DNA of 64,000 nt from the human T2T-CHM13v2.0 reference genome, Homo sapiens (GCF_009914755.1 NC_060936.1); one strand, 5' to 3'; counted from the stretch's first letter, positions 14,050 to 26,606 are shown. Program-made: numbers and translations. The notes: generated by a model from the sequence alone, not told the origin.

Positions 14050-14637
14050 CGACAGACACTGACTGCAATTTGAATAGGGTTCCTAAAATCAAAATTAGTT
14101 TTGATAATTTAATAGATGGACTCACAGAACCCACTGAAAGCTATTATACTCACAGTTATAGTTTATTTCAAGGAAATAATACAAATGAGAACCAGCCAAA
14201 CTAATAGGCACAGAGTCTTGGAAGGTTCCAAAGGAAGCTTCCATTGTCATCAGGATGTTACCCTCTTGACGCCAATGTGTGACAATACACATGGAGGATT
14301 GCCAACAAGGGAAATTTGCCTGAGCTTCATTGTCCAGAATTTTTATTGTATTTTCATTATGTAGGCATAATTGATCGATTAATTTTCTACATGCTTTGAC
14401 TCAGTCTCCAGCTCTCTGCACCCTCTTCCTGGAGTTCAGGCTGGTATGATGTGGTCCACGAGGGCCCACCTTGAGTTTCATGAGTATAAACTATCACTAG
14501 GTGTGGCCTGAGGGTCCCATCGTAAATAACAAAGACACTCATCACTGAAGAACTTCCAAGGATTTGGAGATTGCCTGCAAGGAGTCTGGGACAAGGCCAC
14601 ACCTCTCTTTGCTCAAGGCCAAATTCTTTACTATACA
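14050..14637 (-). mobile_element. ERVL LTR, MER21/MER77 group
   Basis: ggactcacagaacccactgaaagctattatactcac...aataacaaagacactc...aaattctttactataca. Confidence 0.7.
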
Positions 14638-14679
14638 GTCTAGCACACAGCAAGCAAATCCTGCTATGCTCCCTTTTCC

Positions 14680-14992
14680 TGGAGTGCTCTTTCCATGGTT
14701 AGCTTTTTGTATTTATTCTGGATTAAAGTAAGTATTGTCTTATCACAGAAATCATCCTTGACTTTACTCTTAAAAGATAAGTTTTCTCTTTCTCAGCACC
14801 TTCCATGTATCCTTAAAAAAATTCCCGTATGAGATTGCTTTACAGGAATTACAGTTTGTTAACTACTTTAAAAGTGTTTCTTCTCTACTAGAATAGAATC
14901 CAGAGGACAAGAATCACATTTGTCTTTCTCACCTTTATCTTTAGAGTGTCTGACACATAGTAGGAGTGCAGAAATCTTTTTGAATAGATGAC
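14680..14992 (+). mobile_element. LINE-2 3' end
   Basis: agagtgtctgacacatagtaggagtgcagaaatctttttgaatagatga. Confidence 0.65.
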
Positions 14993-15304
14993 TTGATAGA
15001 CTATTAATTCTGTGACAGCCGTCTAATATCTTTGAAATTAATTAATCTCTAGAATCCTGCTGGGACTCTGGCATATACAAGGCTCACAATTAGTGTGTAT
15101 TTAATGACTGAAAATGAGTTAAAGGGCTTTCTATTTTCGATTCAGGCTTAGAGATATTAAAGGATTAAGATGTTACATTCTTTAGGAAGTATTTTATGGA
15201 GCTATTCATTGTACTGAATTTATATTTTTGACAAGCATATTCTTCTGATTTAAAATCTCAAATTTCCCATGTATTCAGATATGAACTTAATTACATTAAG
15301 CAGA

Positions 15305-15525
15305 CACTGTGTATCGAAAAGAGCAGTGGATTTAGAATATGAGGATCTGGCCTTCTGTAGTACTTATTGGATATACAATTTTGCAAGTCACCTATACTCT
15401 CTGAATGTCAGTTTGTTTTTCATTTTTAAAATAGTAACAACAATGGTTATTTAGTATGAATGCAGAAAATTTATGAAAACAACTAGCTAATATTTGCTAT
15501 ATAGTAAATAGTTTGTAAAAGTTAA
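15305..15525 (+). mobile_element. MIR
   Basis: tttgcaagtcacctatactctctgaatgtcagtttg...catttttaaaatag (core). Confidence 0.65.
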
Positions 15526-15759
15526 AAGAAAAACTCTTTCTTTCCCAACCCAACTAAGCTTCTTTCTATTTATCATGCCTTAATGAGCTTTATTGTTCTT
15601 GTTGCCTAAAGACAGTTCAAAGGTAAGGGCGCAATTGTAGTGTTAAAAGATGACTGCAGGTGCAACCGTGTCTGATGTGAGTACCAACACTCTTCCTCCG
15701 ATGCTGAGAGGAGATTTTGCTCATTGATCAAAACACTTTTCCTAGCTTAGCCAAAGGCA

Positions 15760-16010
15760 AAGTATAGATTGGTATTGAAGCACATGGGCTCTAGTATTAG
15801 GCTATCTGGGTTCAAATTTGTGCTATGCAAATAACGCAGACCTTGAGGAGCCCATAGTAGTAGGTGTAAGCATCATCACTATCATCATAATCTTATATTT
15901 GTGGTAAAATTTGCCTTGGTTGAAATAATTTGTGAACCTCGGCAAGGATCTCAACGTCTTCACTAAGTTTTCTCATATAATAGTTCCTAATTTATGGGAT
16001 TACATAAATC
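15760..16010 (+). mobile_element. MIR (degraded or split)
   Basis: gcacatgggctctagtattaggctatctgggttcaaat; gtgaacctcggcaag. Confidence 0.5.
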
Positions 16011-16874
16011 TGTAATATATATACAACATATTAAATGTATGTACGCCTATATACATACATTATATATATGTATTAGAACAATGTCTGTATGTGCTTCCCT
16101 TTATATTTCAGAGAACTTCTCAGAATTCCATTCAACTAAGCATTCTGGGCAGGCACATAATTTAAGATGAATTTGCCATTCCTCAACTACAAGTTTTAAC
16201 CATGTTAACATACAGTTAAGCCCTTTCTTTTTAATGCACAAATGGAAAGAACCATGATGTTAGTGCCTTGCAAAAAAAGGTAGGCCACTTAGGAACTCAT
16301 ACACTCACAAACTTCATTCCCCACAGATGGGGCAGACATTCCTGGGATGTTGATGCCAGCAAATTTAGCCAATTATATTTTAGCCACCTATTAAACTCCT
16401 TGGAAACAAGATTTTATTTTAACTCAGTATGAAGATTATGCAAAATGGATCACAGATTTGAAGGAAATTATTCCTTCATGTACTATTCATGTACATGAAA
16501 TAGTACATGAAGCTAAAGTCAGGGAAAGATAATATAGAAAGGACAAATTTGGTCTTCAGCCCCACAGTGTGTCTTTGAATAACAGGTTTTTTTAATGCAC
16601 AAACACATGGTACTGAAACATTTGAGATGGGGAAGTCAAAACTGTCTTGAAGTGAAGATAATATTGTGAAACAAACTCACTGCAGGACTTCATGAGTTTA
16701 AAATTCTCAAATAATAACTTGTTGCAGCATGGAATGACTTAACAAAAAATTTCAGACTTGAAGTATATAATTATTATTAAACAGTTCTGCACAGCAGCCT
16801 TTCACATATTACTAGACTATAGAGATATAGTCTTTGTTATATAAATTTGCAAAAATTGAATTGCTAGCAGGTCT

Positions 16875-17345
16875 GTCAACACATATTTATTAAAGGTGTC
16901 TTACGTGGCAAGCATTACTCTAGGAACTAGAAATAAATGGATACACAAACAGATGTGGATTTACTCATATAGTGGAAGGAGCAGACAGTAATTAATTGTG
17001 GAGTTAAGTTTAATGGGAATATACGGAACAAGGGAGAAGGAAACAAGAACAAGCCTTAACCTACCCACAGAGGATTTCCCAAGAGGATTATATTAAAGCA
17101 AATACCTTAAGTATGGGTGGATTTGGCTAGGATAAACAAAGGAGGGGGGGCACTTTAAATAGCAATGGCAGCATAGTCAAAAGCCCTGTGGCAGGCAAGA
17201 CCATGCCCTGTCAAGGGAACTGAACAATGCCCAGTATGACCCGTGTAGTAAAAATCAGGTTATGAGAAGACAGGACGGTAAATTGTATAGGTAACAAAGT
17301 ACACAGAGCTTTATAGCCCATGTTTCAGTTTTGAGTCTTCCTTGT
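16875..17345 (-). mobile_element. LINE-2 3' fragment
   Basis: tcaacacatatttattaaaggtgtcttacgtggcaagcattactctagg; caaaagccctgtggcagg. Confidence 0.7.
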
Positions 17346-17524
17346 ATAAAAATGTTGTAAAATAGCTTATTACTTAAAAGCTAATACCAGGAATCCTAGT
17401 AGGCACAAAAATGTTCTTGTTTGAAATAAAAATGCAAAATAAAACTTTGGAAAGTTCTTGGGGTAGAAAGTAAGTCTCCCTGCTACTCCTAAGAGTTAAG
17501 TGTTATGGGGCCCATGCTTAAGAA

Positions 17525-17610
17525 CAAGAGGAGCCTAACATTTGCAGGTCCCAGATCAAGAGTACAAATGGACACCTACATACCTTCTTATGTCTAAATA
17601 TTTTAAATAG
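17525..17610. mobile_element. hAT-Tip100 (MER115-like) terminal fragment
   Basis: Its reverse complement (atttgtactcttgatctgggacctgcaaat) matches atttgtactctggctctgggccctgaaat at about 54888-54916. Confidence 0.45.
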
Positions 17611-19116
17611 TAGAGTGGGGATGTCAACAAGATGTGGAATAGGACTTTCCAATGCTTATTCTGTTACAGAAACAACAATTCAAACAACTCTCTATGCACA
17701 AAAATAACTTCACAGGAACTAAAGAAACAAGGTGAGGGATTATAGCACCTGGGTGTTGCACAGAAATAAGAAAACATGCATTAAAGTGTGTAGGAAGGCA
17801 TAGTTTTATATTATCCCTGTCACCCTTCCCCCCAACCCCACACAGCACAGTGTGGAGGTACATAACTTCCATGTGGGGAAAGGAGAGAGAAAATAAGCAC
17901 TGGACCTTGCCTTGTATCCCAACACTGGTCCCGTTGCAGTAAAACCCAGCACTGGGAAGGCCCCCATGCCACAAACTGAGCCTTCAGTGCCATGATGAGT
18001 CCTTGGTCTGCTGGGCAAACTCAGTCTCTCACTGCCCCACCACCAAGTTGATCTCAGAAACCTCAAGCTATGAATTACTCCTGGCATCAGACCAATTCCC
18101 AAAGCCCTAGACATAAGACCAACACCCAGATACCCAGCCTCCTGGCTGGTCCCTGTAAATACAAAATGCAGGCCCATCCAGCACTTTGGCCAAACCCAGT
18201 GCCAGGTCAGCACCCGTGGCCTCAAATATCAGGCAGGTACTATAGACACAGGCTCAAGGCCTGCCAAGGGCCAGGCTGGTCTCTTCAGCCCCATCTTCCA
18301 GATCATTCTCTGTGACCCCACACTCCAGCAGACCCAAAATCTCAGCTTGCCCAAGTAGACCCTAGCACTGGACCAGCTGACCCAGGCCCAGGCTCCAGGA
18401 TCATTATTGTGTACCAGGTCCTAGGCCTGCCTATGATGTCCCAGGACCCAGGTCAGCCCTCCAGAACCTAGTCTCCATGCCAGCACCTGCACACACAACC
18501 TCTATGCCAGTGGACTCAGGCTCCAGTCTGGTTTCCATGGCTTCAGCCTTCAGGTTAGCCCCAGCGGCTCCAGGCATCAGGCCAGTGCCCATAATCCTAG
18601 GTTCCAGACCAGCCCTTGTATACCTAGGCTCTGTGTCAGCCCCAACACTAGGCTGTCCCCAAGCTCCAGACTAGTCTCAGGGTCCCAGGCTCCAGGGTGT
18701 AGACCTACTCCAGCAGACGCAGGGTCCAGACCCACCTCATTAGATCCTGGTGCCAGGGACCCCATGGACTGAGATTTCAAGTCCACCCCTGCAGACCCAG
18801 AATCCAGACTTGCCCCCACAGACTCAGAATCCTGCCTCTTTACCAGGTAAAACCTTGTGGACTCAGACTATAGGCCTATTCCAGAATAAACTAACAGAAT
18901 AAGGGGCCCAGGAATAAATGCATTTATTATTAATTGATTTTTGAGAAAGGTGCCAAAACACAGAATGTGGAAAGGACAGTCTTTTCAATAAATGGGGTTG
19001 AGCAATTGAATATCTACAGGCAGAAGAATAAAATTAGACCCATATCTTACACTATACACAAAAGTCACTCAAAATGTTATAAAAATTTTAACATAAGCAT
19101 AAAAACTATAAAACTA

Positions 19117-19195
19117 TTATGTTGGTGCAAAAGTAATTGCAGGTTTTGCCATTAAATGTAATAGCATAAACTGAAACCCCTTTTGCACCAACCAA
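19117..19195. mobile_element. MADE1 (Hsmar1-derived MITE)
   Basis: ttatgttggtgcaaaagtaattgc...ttttgcaccaaccaa, flanked by a TA duplication. Confidence 0.92.
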
Positions 19196-19493
19196 TACTA
19201 GAGGAAAACAACAGGAAAAACCTCCACAACATTAGTCTGGGCAATAATTTTTTGGATATGAACCCCAAAAAACAGACAACAATAGCAAAAATAGACAAAT
19301 AGAATTCCAACTAAAAAGCTTCTTCAAAGCCAAGGAAACAATCAACAACCAAGTTGAAACAAAAACAACATACAAAATGGGAGATTGGAAACCATACATC
19401 CGATAAGGGGTTAATAGCCAAAATATGTAAAGAAACAACCTGATTACAAAGTGGACAAAGGATTTGAATAGATACTTCTCAAGGAAGACACAC

Positions 19494-19859
19494 TGATATG
19501 GTTTGGCTCTGTGTCCCCACATAAATCTCATCTCAAATTGTAATCTCCAAGTGTTGAGGGAGGGGTGTGGTGGGAGGTGATTGAATCATGGAGGCAGATT
19601 TCCCCTATGCTGTTCTCATAATAGTGAATGAGTTATCATGTGATCTGGTTGTGTGATAAGTATCTGGCACTTCCCCATTCTCCCTTTCTCCTGCTGCCAT
19701 GTAAGACGTGCCTTGCTTCCCCTTCACCTTCTGCCATGATTATAAGTTTCTTGAGGCCTCCTCAGCCATCCAGAACTGTGAGTGAATTAAACCTCTTTTG
19801 TTCTAAATTACCCAGTCTCAGGTAGTATCTTTATAGAAGTGCGAAAATGGACTAATACA
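19494..19859 (+). mobile_element. THE1D-like MaLR solo LTR
   Basis: tgatatggtttggctctgtgtcccc...ggactaataca; 5-bp TSD cacac. Confidence 0.9.
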
Positions 19860-20011
19860 CACACACAAATGGCCAAGAGAGGTATATTTAAAAATGCATT
19901 TTCTAAAGGAAGACTGCTGACTCCTGGTGGGCACATCCCAGTGGGCCTGCAGATTTCTTACCACCTGGTGAGGGACTTGACCAGAGGAAGAGATTCATCT
20001 AAAGTGAATGG

Positions 20012-20467
20012 GTTTTTATGCCTGAGTCATATTCCACTATATATACCACAGTTTGTTTAGTCACTTGTTGATTGATGGGCATTTGGGCTGGTTTCATGAT
20101 TTTTCATTTGTGAATTGTGCTGCTATAAACATGTGTGTGCAAGTATCTTTTTCACATAATGACTTCTGCTCTCCTGGGTAGATACTATTATTCTAAGTGA
20201 AGTAATTCAGGAATGGAAAAGCAAACATCGTATGTTCTCAATGATATGTGGGAGCTAAGCTCTAAGGACACAAAGGCATAAGAATGATAAAATGGACTTT
20301 GGGGAATTGGGGGGAAGAGTGGGAGTGAGGTGAGGGATAAAAGACTACAAATACGGTGCGGTGTATCCTGATTGGGTGATGGGTGAACCAAAATCTCACA
20401 AATCTCTACTAAAGAACTTACTCATGTAACCAAATACCACCTGTACCCCAATAACTTATGAAAAAAA
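20012..20467 (+). mobile_element. L1PB1-like 3' end with 5' inversion (20012-20185 inverted)
   Basis: aaagaacttactcatgtaaccaaataccacctgtacccc 3'UTR; TSD taaagtgaatgg at 20000-20011 and 20468-20479. Confidence 0.9.
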
Positions 20468-20690
20468 TAAAGTGAATGGCTAAGGGAGTAACTAGTGGGA
20501 TATTTTTCTGTATAATAAAAGGAAAATTATTTGGAACTTTCAGTTAAATCTGGGAAGGAAAGGAATAAAAAGATATGAGAGGGTAAGATAAAAATGAAAA
20601 CCAGAAAGATAGTAGAATTCTGGGATTAAATGAGGTCCTTGGACTTTACAACTCATTTTTTCATTAAAAAAAATATATTGCAGAAGGTAG

Positions 20691-20999
20691 AGCGAGATGG
20701 CAGAATAGAAGCCTATACCATTTCTCCCCCTCCCCCTACAGGAACACCAGATTTTAACTACTATCTGCACACAGAAAGACAGCACCACAATTGCAGTACC
20801 AGGTTTTTACTTGATATCACTGGAGGAGGCATTAAAAAGAGTGAGAGAGATAGTCTTGAATCACTGATGCCACCCCTCCTCCGTGCCCCCAGTAGCAGCC
20901 ATGTGGCACCGAGAGTCTGCACACTTGGGGAAGGAGAGTGCAGAAACTGGGAGACTTTACATTGAACTCAGTGCTGCTGTGTCACAGCAGAAAGCAAAA
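20691..20999 (+). mobile_element. Old L1M 5'UTR fragment
   Basis: agcgagatggcagaatagaag...acagtc-like atagtcttgaatcactgatgccacccctcc...cattgaactcagtgctgc. Confidence 0.65.
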
Positions 21000-21347
21000 C
21001 AAATCAAAACCACAATGAGATACCATCTCAGACCAGTTAGAATAGCAATCATTAAAAAGTCAGGAAACAACAGGTGCTGGAGAGGATGTGAAGAAACAGG
21101 AACACTTTTACACAGTTGGTGGGACTGTAAACTAGTTCAACCATTGTGGAAGACAGTGTAGCGATTCCTCAAGGATCTAGAACTAGAAATACCATTTGAC
21201 CCAGCCATCCTATTACTGGGCATGTACCCAAAGGATTATAAATCATGCTGCTATAAAGACATATGCAGATGTATGTTTATTGCGGCATTATTCACAATAG
21301 CAAAGACTTGGAACCAACCCAAATGTCCATCAATTAAGAAAATGTGG
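21000..21347 (+). mobile_element. Internal L1PA (PA2-PA5-like) ORF2 C-terminal fragment, no 3'UTR or tail
   Basis: [53 protein letters not shown]; ends at aagaaaatgtgg. Confidence 0.9.
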
Positions 21348-22179
21348 ATTTTCTGACTTTTCAGCTTGTGGTACCTGGAGAACGACTCTGAAATCAAGTA
21401 AACAAAGATAAAAACTGCTCACTGGCCCAATTTCAGTCAGAGCAATGTTGGCAAAGTGGAAGGGATGAATTTTAGATTATCATGTGAATGGCTAGCCATT
21501 TCAAAAAGAAATGATTATCATCAGCAAGTGAATATTTGAACATTTCTACAAAGGGTTGTCTGAGAAAATGTTGCTGACACTTGGGTTAAAGGAGGAGCCT
21601 TGGAAGTTAAGGGGTGGTTGAAAAGCTAGACATCTCAGAGAGCAATTTCCCTAGTGTTTACATTTCAAAGGGAAGTGAAACCTGGAGCCAGGCAGCCAGT
21701 CATTTATATTGCAATGGAATGCAAATTACTAGAGAAAGGTTTTACTCCCTCTCTCAAGAGAAGAGGGGCAGCATGTAACCTGCATAAACACCAGAATTTA
21801 ATTTCAGGGTAGTTCTCCTGCAGAACAGACCCCTGTATGTGCAGGTCTGACTCGGACATTCATGTTTTCACCTGGGGAGCACGAGGCATTGGAAATTAAT
21901 GTGGTGGTTATAAGTTATAATAACTCTGATCTCTGTCCCACAAACCTCCTGTTCACTTTCAGCATAAAAATGATAATGCTTTTTTATGATTTAATGATTT
22001 TATTAAATGATTATTTAGTGCTTATATTTCAGCATAAATACAAGCATTAAAAACTTATCAGTTGATTCTCCATGACTTTTGTCTTGCAATATATTGTCGC
22101 ATGTCTGTGCTTGGAAAAGGTAGAGGACGTGGGTAACAGGCAGGCTGGCAACTTGAATTACCTTGCAATGATTAATGAT

Positions 22180-22390
22180 GCAATAATTACTAACTTTTAT
22201 TAAGCAAAACTACTTTGTGTTTCTTGACTCATTAATTCAATCAACAGAGCAGCCATGTGAAGTAGATGTATTTCATCCTTTTACTACTAAAGAAGCAGGC
22301 TCCTAAAAGTCACAAAATTTACCTGCTTGATGGAGTCAAGGATAAAGCCTGTGTCTGACTCTTAAGCTCTCTTAAGCAGCACATTATATT
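22180..22390 (-). mobile_element. MIR
   Basis: cagccatgtgaagtagatgtatttcatccttttac...tgtctgactct. Confidence 0.55.
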
Positions 22391-23884
22391 GTCTCTCAGG
22401 TAAAAAGCCTGTATAAACAGAAGTTGGAATTTATAGAATTTGCACCAACTTCAGATACTGCTGTGATAGAGTTTGTTACAAATTAAGAGATTTATTCTTT
22501 TGTTGAAGTTCTAGAATATGCAAGTAAACTTAGCTGTCTAATAAAGAAGGAAGAAGACTCTCTTTACTGATGTCTCCATACCCCCTCCATCCCCTCCACT
22601 GAAAAAGTTGCTTCTCTACCTCATGCTCTAGATTTGTACCTAGCCATATGAAGGTACATTATTTATAGCCTTATGCATTATTTTTCTGTAACATTACCTG
22701 TGCCAGCTGTTGAAGACATTCTGCTCACAATGCTGCTTCAGAGGGTCATCTGGATGCCAGGTGCATAAATAGCTGGGTAATTGATTATGCCAGTATTAGT
22801 TCTATAGACTTTTATTCTCTGACTCTATATCACTCAATACTTGAAAAAAAGTATGTAATATATGTGTGTATATACGTTTGTAACTATATCTCTATCTTAT
22901 ATATAAGAAATGTACATGTGTATATATAGTCTAGTTTGCATATTTATCTGTTTAATCTTTAATACTACTTCTGTACTGCTCCTGGGTCCAGTGAGATGGA
23001 CATCTCAGTTCCTCAAAGCACCCTGAAGCTACTAGAACAGGTAAAACCTGGATATTAATTAAGTTTATCCCAAGGCCACACTCTTGATAGGCCAAAAAAA
23101 GTTACCATTAGCTCCACTGTCTTGCCATTCATTTTCCCACTTGAAATTATGCTCGGTAATATTGCTTGATAGAGTTTGGCAGATAAAGTTACATGATATG
23201 TATATCCCAATAACTCTATATGCATGTTATAATATATATTGAATAATAAGATTCCCCTCCCATTATTAAATCAATTCCATGTTGCTTCAAGTAATTTAAA
23301 GTTCCATAAAGTAGAGATACCCAAGTGGAACTCTTCTATTTTTTTCTGCAATAGATAATCAAAATGCTAATAATGAAGCCCAAACAAAATAAGCCCAATA
23401 TATAATAAGCCCCTCTACTGTGTTTTCCTAGAAAAGTTAACGTCATCAAATCTTTCTTTTTTCTTCCTCCTCACATCGAAAATAACTGGAGAGGCCTTAT
23501 CCTAGGAATATCCTTAGCTGTCTTCCCCTGGACCTGAAATAGCATGTTTAGATTCTTCAGGTTCTTTATTTAATTCATTATTTTCCAGACTGGATGTGGT
23601 CTATGTTTTTAAAGTTTGAAAATTTAGAAAACAAAAATAAATCTCTAGGAACAAATATTGTTAATTAAGGGTGATACAATATGATAACATATCCCAAGCA
23701 AAACGTTCATGTAACCCTTTACCTATCGCAGTGGCAGCTCACATTTTTACTACTAGGAGACATAAGCCCAGAGATTAGTGTATCTGGAGAAAAGGGCTAA
23801 CAGAGAAAGCAGGAAAGAAAAAACAAGAAAAATCTTGGTTTCAGGTTGGCTATCCTGAGAGTCTATCCATGCCAGTTCAGGTAA

Positions 23885-24250
23885 CTATTTGCACACCAAA
23901 GTTTCGTGCTCCCCTTCAATGATGAAGAGCTGTTGCTGGGATGAAAAAAAAATGCTCAGCCAAGGACTATGTTTCCCAGTTCCTCCAGTATCCAACTTGG
24001 GTAACGTGATGAATATTTTGGATACAATATGGTCTGAAGTGGTGTATGCCTTTGCTTAGCTTGTCCTATAAAAGATTCCTGTACAATCCTCCACCCTCCC
24101 TCTTTCCTTATTCACTAGCTGAATGGAGAAGATTCTGAGGCTTGATAGTTGAGAAACGTCACAAGTAGAAGAAACACTGTGGAAAAACCATGAACGACCA
24201 TATGGAAAGTCATCTACCCACTAGGAATGTCTCATTAAATTTTATTTGAA
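23885..24250 (+). mobile_element. LTR16C-like ERVL LTR
   Basis: ggactatgtttcccag...cctataaaagattcctgtacaatcctcca...gctgaatggagaagattctgagg. Confidence 0.6.
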
Positions 24251-25092
24251 TTACAATTCATCTAACATTCATCTCAAGACTACAGCTTGTGAATTTAGAA
24301 GTAATTTGGTAGAAATCATTCATCAAAAGGTTATTTTGTATTCTATTTCTATAGCCTAGTAATATAATCTACTTCTATAAAAACTGCCTCTTCTCTTAGA
24401 AAACAGCATCTGAAACCCTCCTAATGTCTTATAATATTTTGCATTTTACAAAGGCGGCTAATCTAATTCCTGTCTTTCCTGTGGCTCTGTTTGCCATCTT
24501 AGTGTCCTTTTATATTTTAAAGCTATTAATTTTAGTTTCCCTTTTTCCTCTCTCTTTTAGACACTACATATGGTTCTTTACAGGACAACAATATTCTCTC
24601 TCGTATAATCTGAGTACTCCACTTTTAATAGGATATCTTCAAGAAGACCACAGTCATGCATTGCTTAACAAAGGGGATAAGTTCTGAAAAAATGCCTTTT
24701 TAGGTGATTTCTTCATTGTGTGAACATCATAGAGTATATTTACACAAACTTAGATGGTATAGCCTACTACACATCTAGACTATATGGTGCAGCCTACTGC
24801 TCCTAGGCTACAAACTTGTACAGCATGTTACTGTACTGAATACTGTAGGCAATTATAATACAATGACAAGCATTTGTGCATCTAAACATAGAAAAGGTAT
24901 AGTAAAATATGGTATAAAAGATTAAAAATGGTATAACTGTATAGGACACTTACCATAAATAGGGCTTGCCGGCCTGGACCTTGTTCTGGGTGAGCCAGCG
25001 AGTGAGTGGTAAGTGAATATAAAGGCCAAGGATATTACTGTATACTACTGTAGACTTTATAAACACTGTACACTCAGGCTACACTAAATGAA

Positions 25093-25416
25093 TTGTATTT
25101 ATTTATTTGTTTTTATTTACGTTTATTCTTTGAGACAGCATCTTGCTATTGCCCTGCAGGAGTGCAATGACACAATTATGGCTCACTGTAGCCTCAACCT
25201 TCCAGGATCAAGTGATCCTTCCACCCCAGCCTACCAAGTAGCTGGGAACACAGGTGTGTCCCAGCACGCTTGGCTAATTTTTTATTTTTTTTTGTAGAAA
25301 TGAGGTCTTCCCATGTTGCGTAGGCTGGTCTTGAATTCTTGCACTCAAGCAATCCTCTCACCTTAGTCCCTCAAAGTGCTGGGATTACAGGCATGAGCCT
25401 CCCTCCGCACCTGGCT
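25093..25416 (-). mobile_element. AluJ SINE
   Basis: ggctcactgtagcctcaacc, tcaagcaatcctc (J diagnostics); degenerate T-rich tail. Confidence 0.88.
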
Positions 25417-25436
25417 TTAAAAAGTTTTCTTTCTTC

Positions 25437-25695
25437 AGCTGGGTGCGGTGGCTCATGCCTGTAATCCCAGCACTTTGGGAGGCGGAGACGGGAGGATCAT
25501 GATGTCTGGAGATCAAGACCATCCTGCTCAGCATGATGAAACCCCGTGTCTCTACTAAAAAAATACGAAAATTAGCCAGGAGTGGCAGCGCGCGCCTGTA
25601 GTCCCAGAACCCGGGAGGTGCAGGCTGCAGTGAGCCAAGATCGCACCACTGCACTCCAGCCTGGCTGACAGAGCGAGACTCTATCTTAAAAAAAA
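25437..25695 (+). mobile_element. AluSc-like SINE with an internal deletion of about 33 bp
   Basis: gagatcaagaccatcctg; gtagtcccag joined directly to aacccggg; 18-bp TSD aaaaagttttctttcttc at 25419-25436 and 25696-25713. Confidence 0.9.
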
Positions 25696-26419
25696 AAAAA
25701 GTTTTCTTTCTTCAATAATAAATTAATTTTAGCTTACTGTAACTTTTTTACTTTATAAATTTTATAAACTCTCCAGCAGTCCTCTTCCCCATTCTTCAAG
25801 TCTATTACATTAAAGAACAAAACAACAACTTGTTTCTTAAATTGATCTTGTTCTTAGGGCTAACACTTTTTCTGATCAGAGTTTCTTCTTTCTGTTTTCT
25901 CTTTTGAGAGCATGTCTTTGTTTTGCTTATGTATGTAGCAATATTTTGCCTGTATGGTTATATTTAGAAAGAAATATAATATTTGTGGCATCTGAGTCTG
26001 AAAAGAATTCAATTTTCAAAAATTATATTCTCAGAGTAATTCTCCCTTGAAGGTCAATTTCACATCCATGCTGGCCATGTGCTCCAACTCCCATGCTTCT
26101 GTGGGATCCACTTTCAGCGGGTCTCATCTTTCCTTTAGACTCTAGCTCCATATATTTGCCTGGCGTATTTTTTCTAGTTTTCTTGTTTAAAAAAATCTTA
26201 CGTGACCTTGAAATTCACTGAAAAATGCCTGAATTATACATTCGCGAGCCTCTTTTATCAAAGCTCTCAATTTTTGTGGTTGTTAACAATACCTCTGTAC
26301 ATTTTCACATTTTCATCTTCATTCACTTTAAAATACTCGGCTATAACACATGTACACACACATACACACACACAAACATGTATGTAAAAAGTAAATTAAT
26401 CAAACATATAATTTTAGAT

Positions 26420-26606
26420 CAATGTTTTTCTAAATACGACACATGGGTTACCTGTGTTAAAATTACCCAGAATGCTTAGTTAAAATACAGGTTTCTGAGC
26501 CCCTCCCAAGACTGATTGAATCAGAATTTCAGGAGCCTCCAAAACTACAATTTTAAAAACAGATATTCCAATAATTTTTATGAATTCTATAATTAAGGAA
26601 CTACTG
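26420..26606. mobile_element. MER5B-like MITE
   Basis: gttaaaatacaggtttctgagcccctcccaagactgattgaatcagaattt. Confidence 0.65.

Larger units (their letters stand above)
17616..19898 (+). mobile_element. Old L1M (L1M2/M3-type): 5'UTR with GC-rich tandem units joined to the ORF2 C-terminal region; hosts MADE1 and THE1D
   Basis: caagatgtggaatagg start; repeated ccagg/gaccc/ctcca units at 18100-18880; then ttgatttttgagaaaggtgccaaa...ggacagtcttttcaataaatgg (ORF2 3' part). Confidence 0.75.
24651..25770. mobile_element. Tigger3b DNA transposon (truncated), interrupted by two Alus
   Basis: cagtcatgcattgcttaac...gatggtatagcctactacac...ctcctaggctacaaac; resumes at ttcaataataaattaattttagcttactgtaac. Confidence 0.88.

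Noticed and set aside
18100-18880. CRISPR-like or coding repeat array
   Set aside because: The units are degenerate, with no constant repeat and unique spacers. They fit the tandem region of an old L1 5'UTR.
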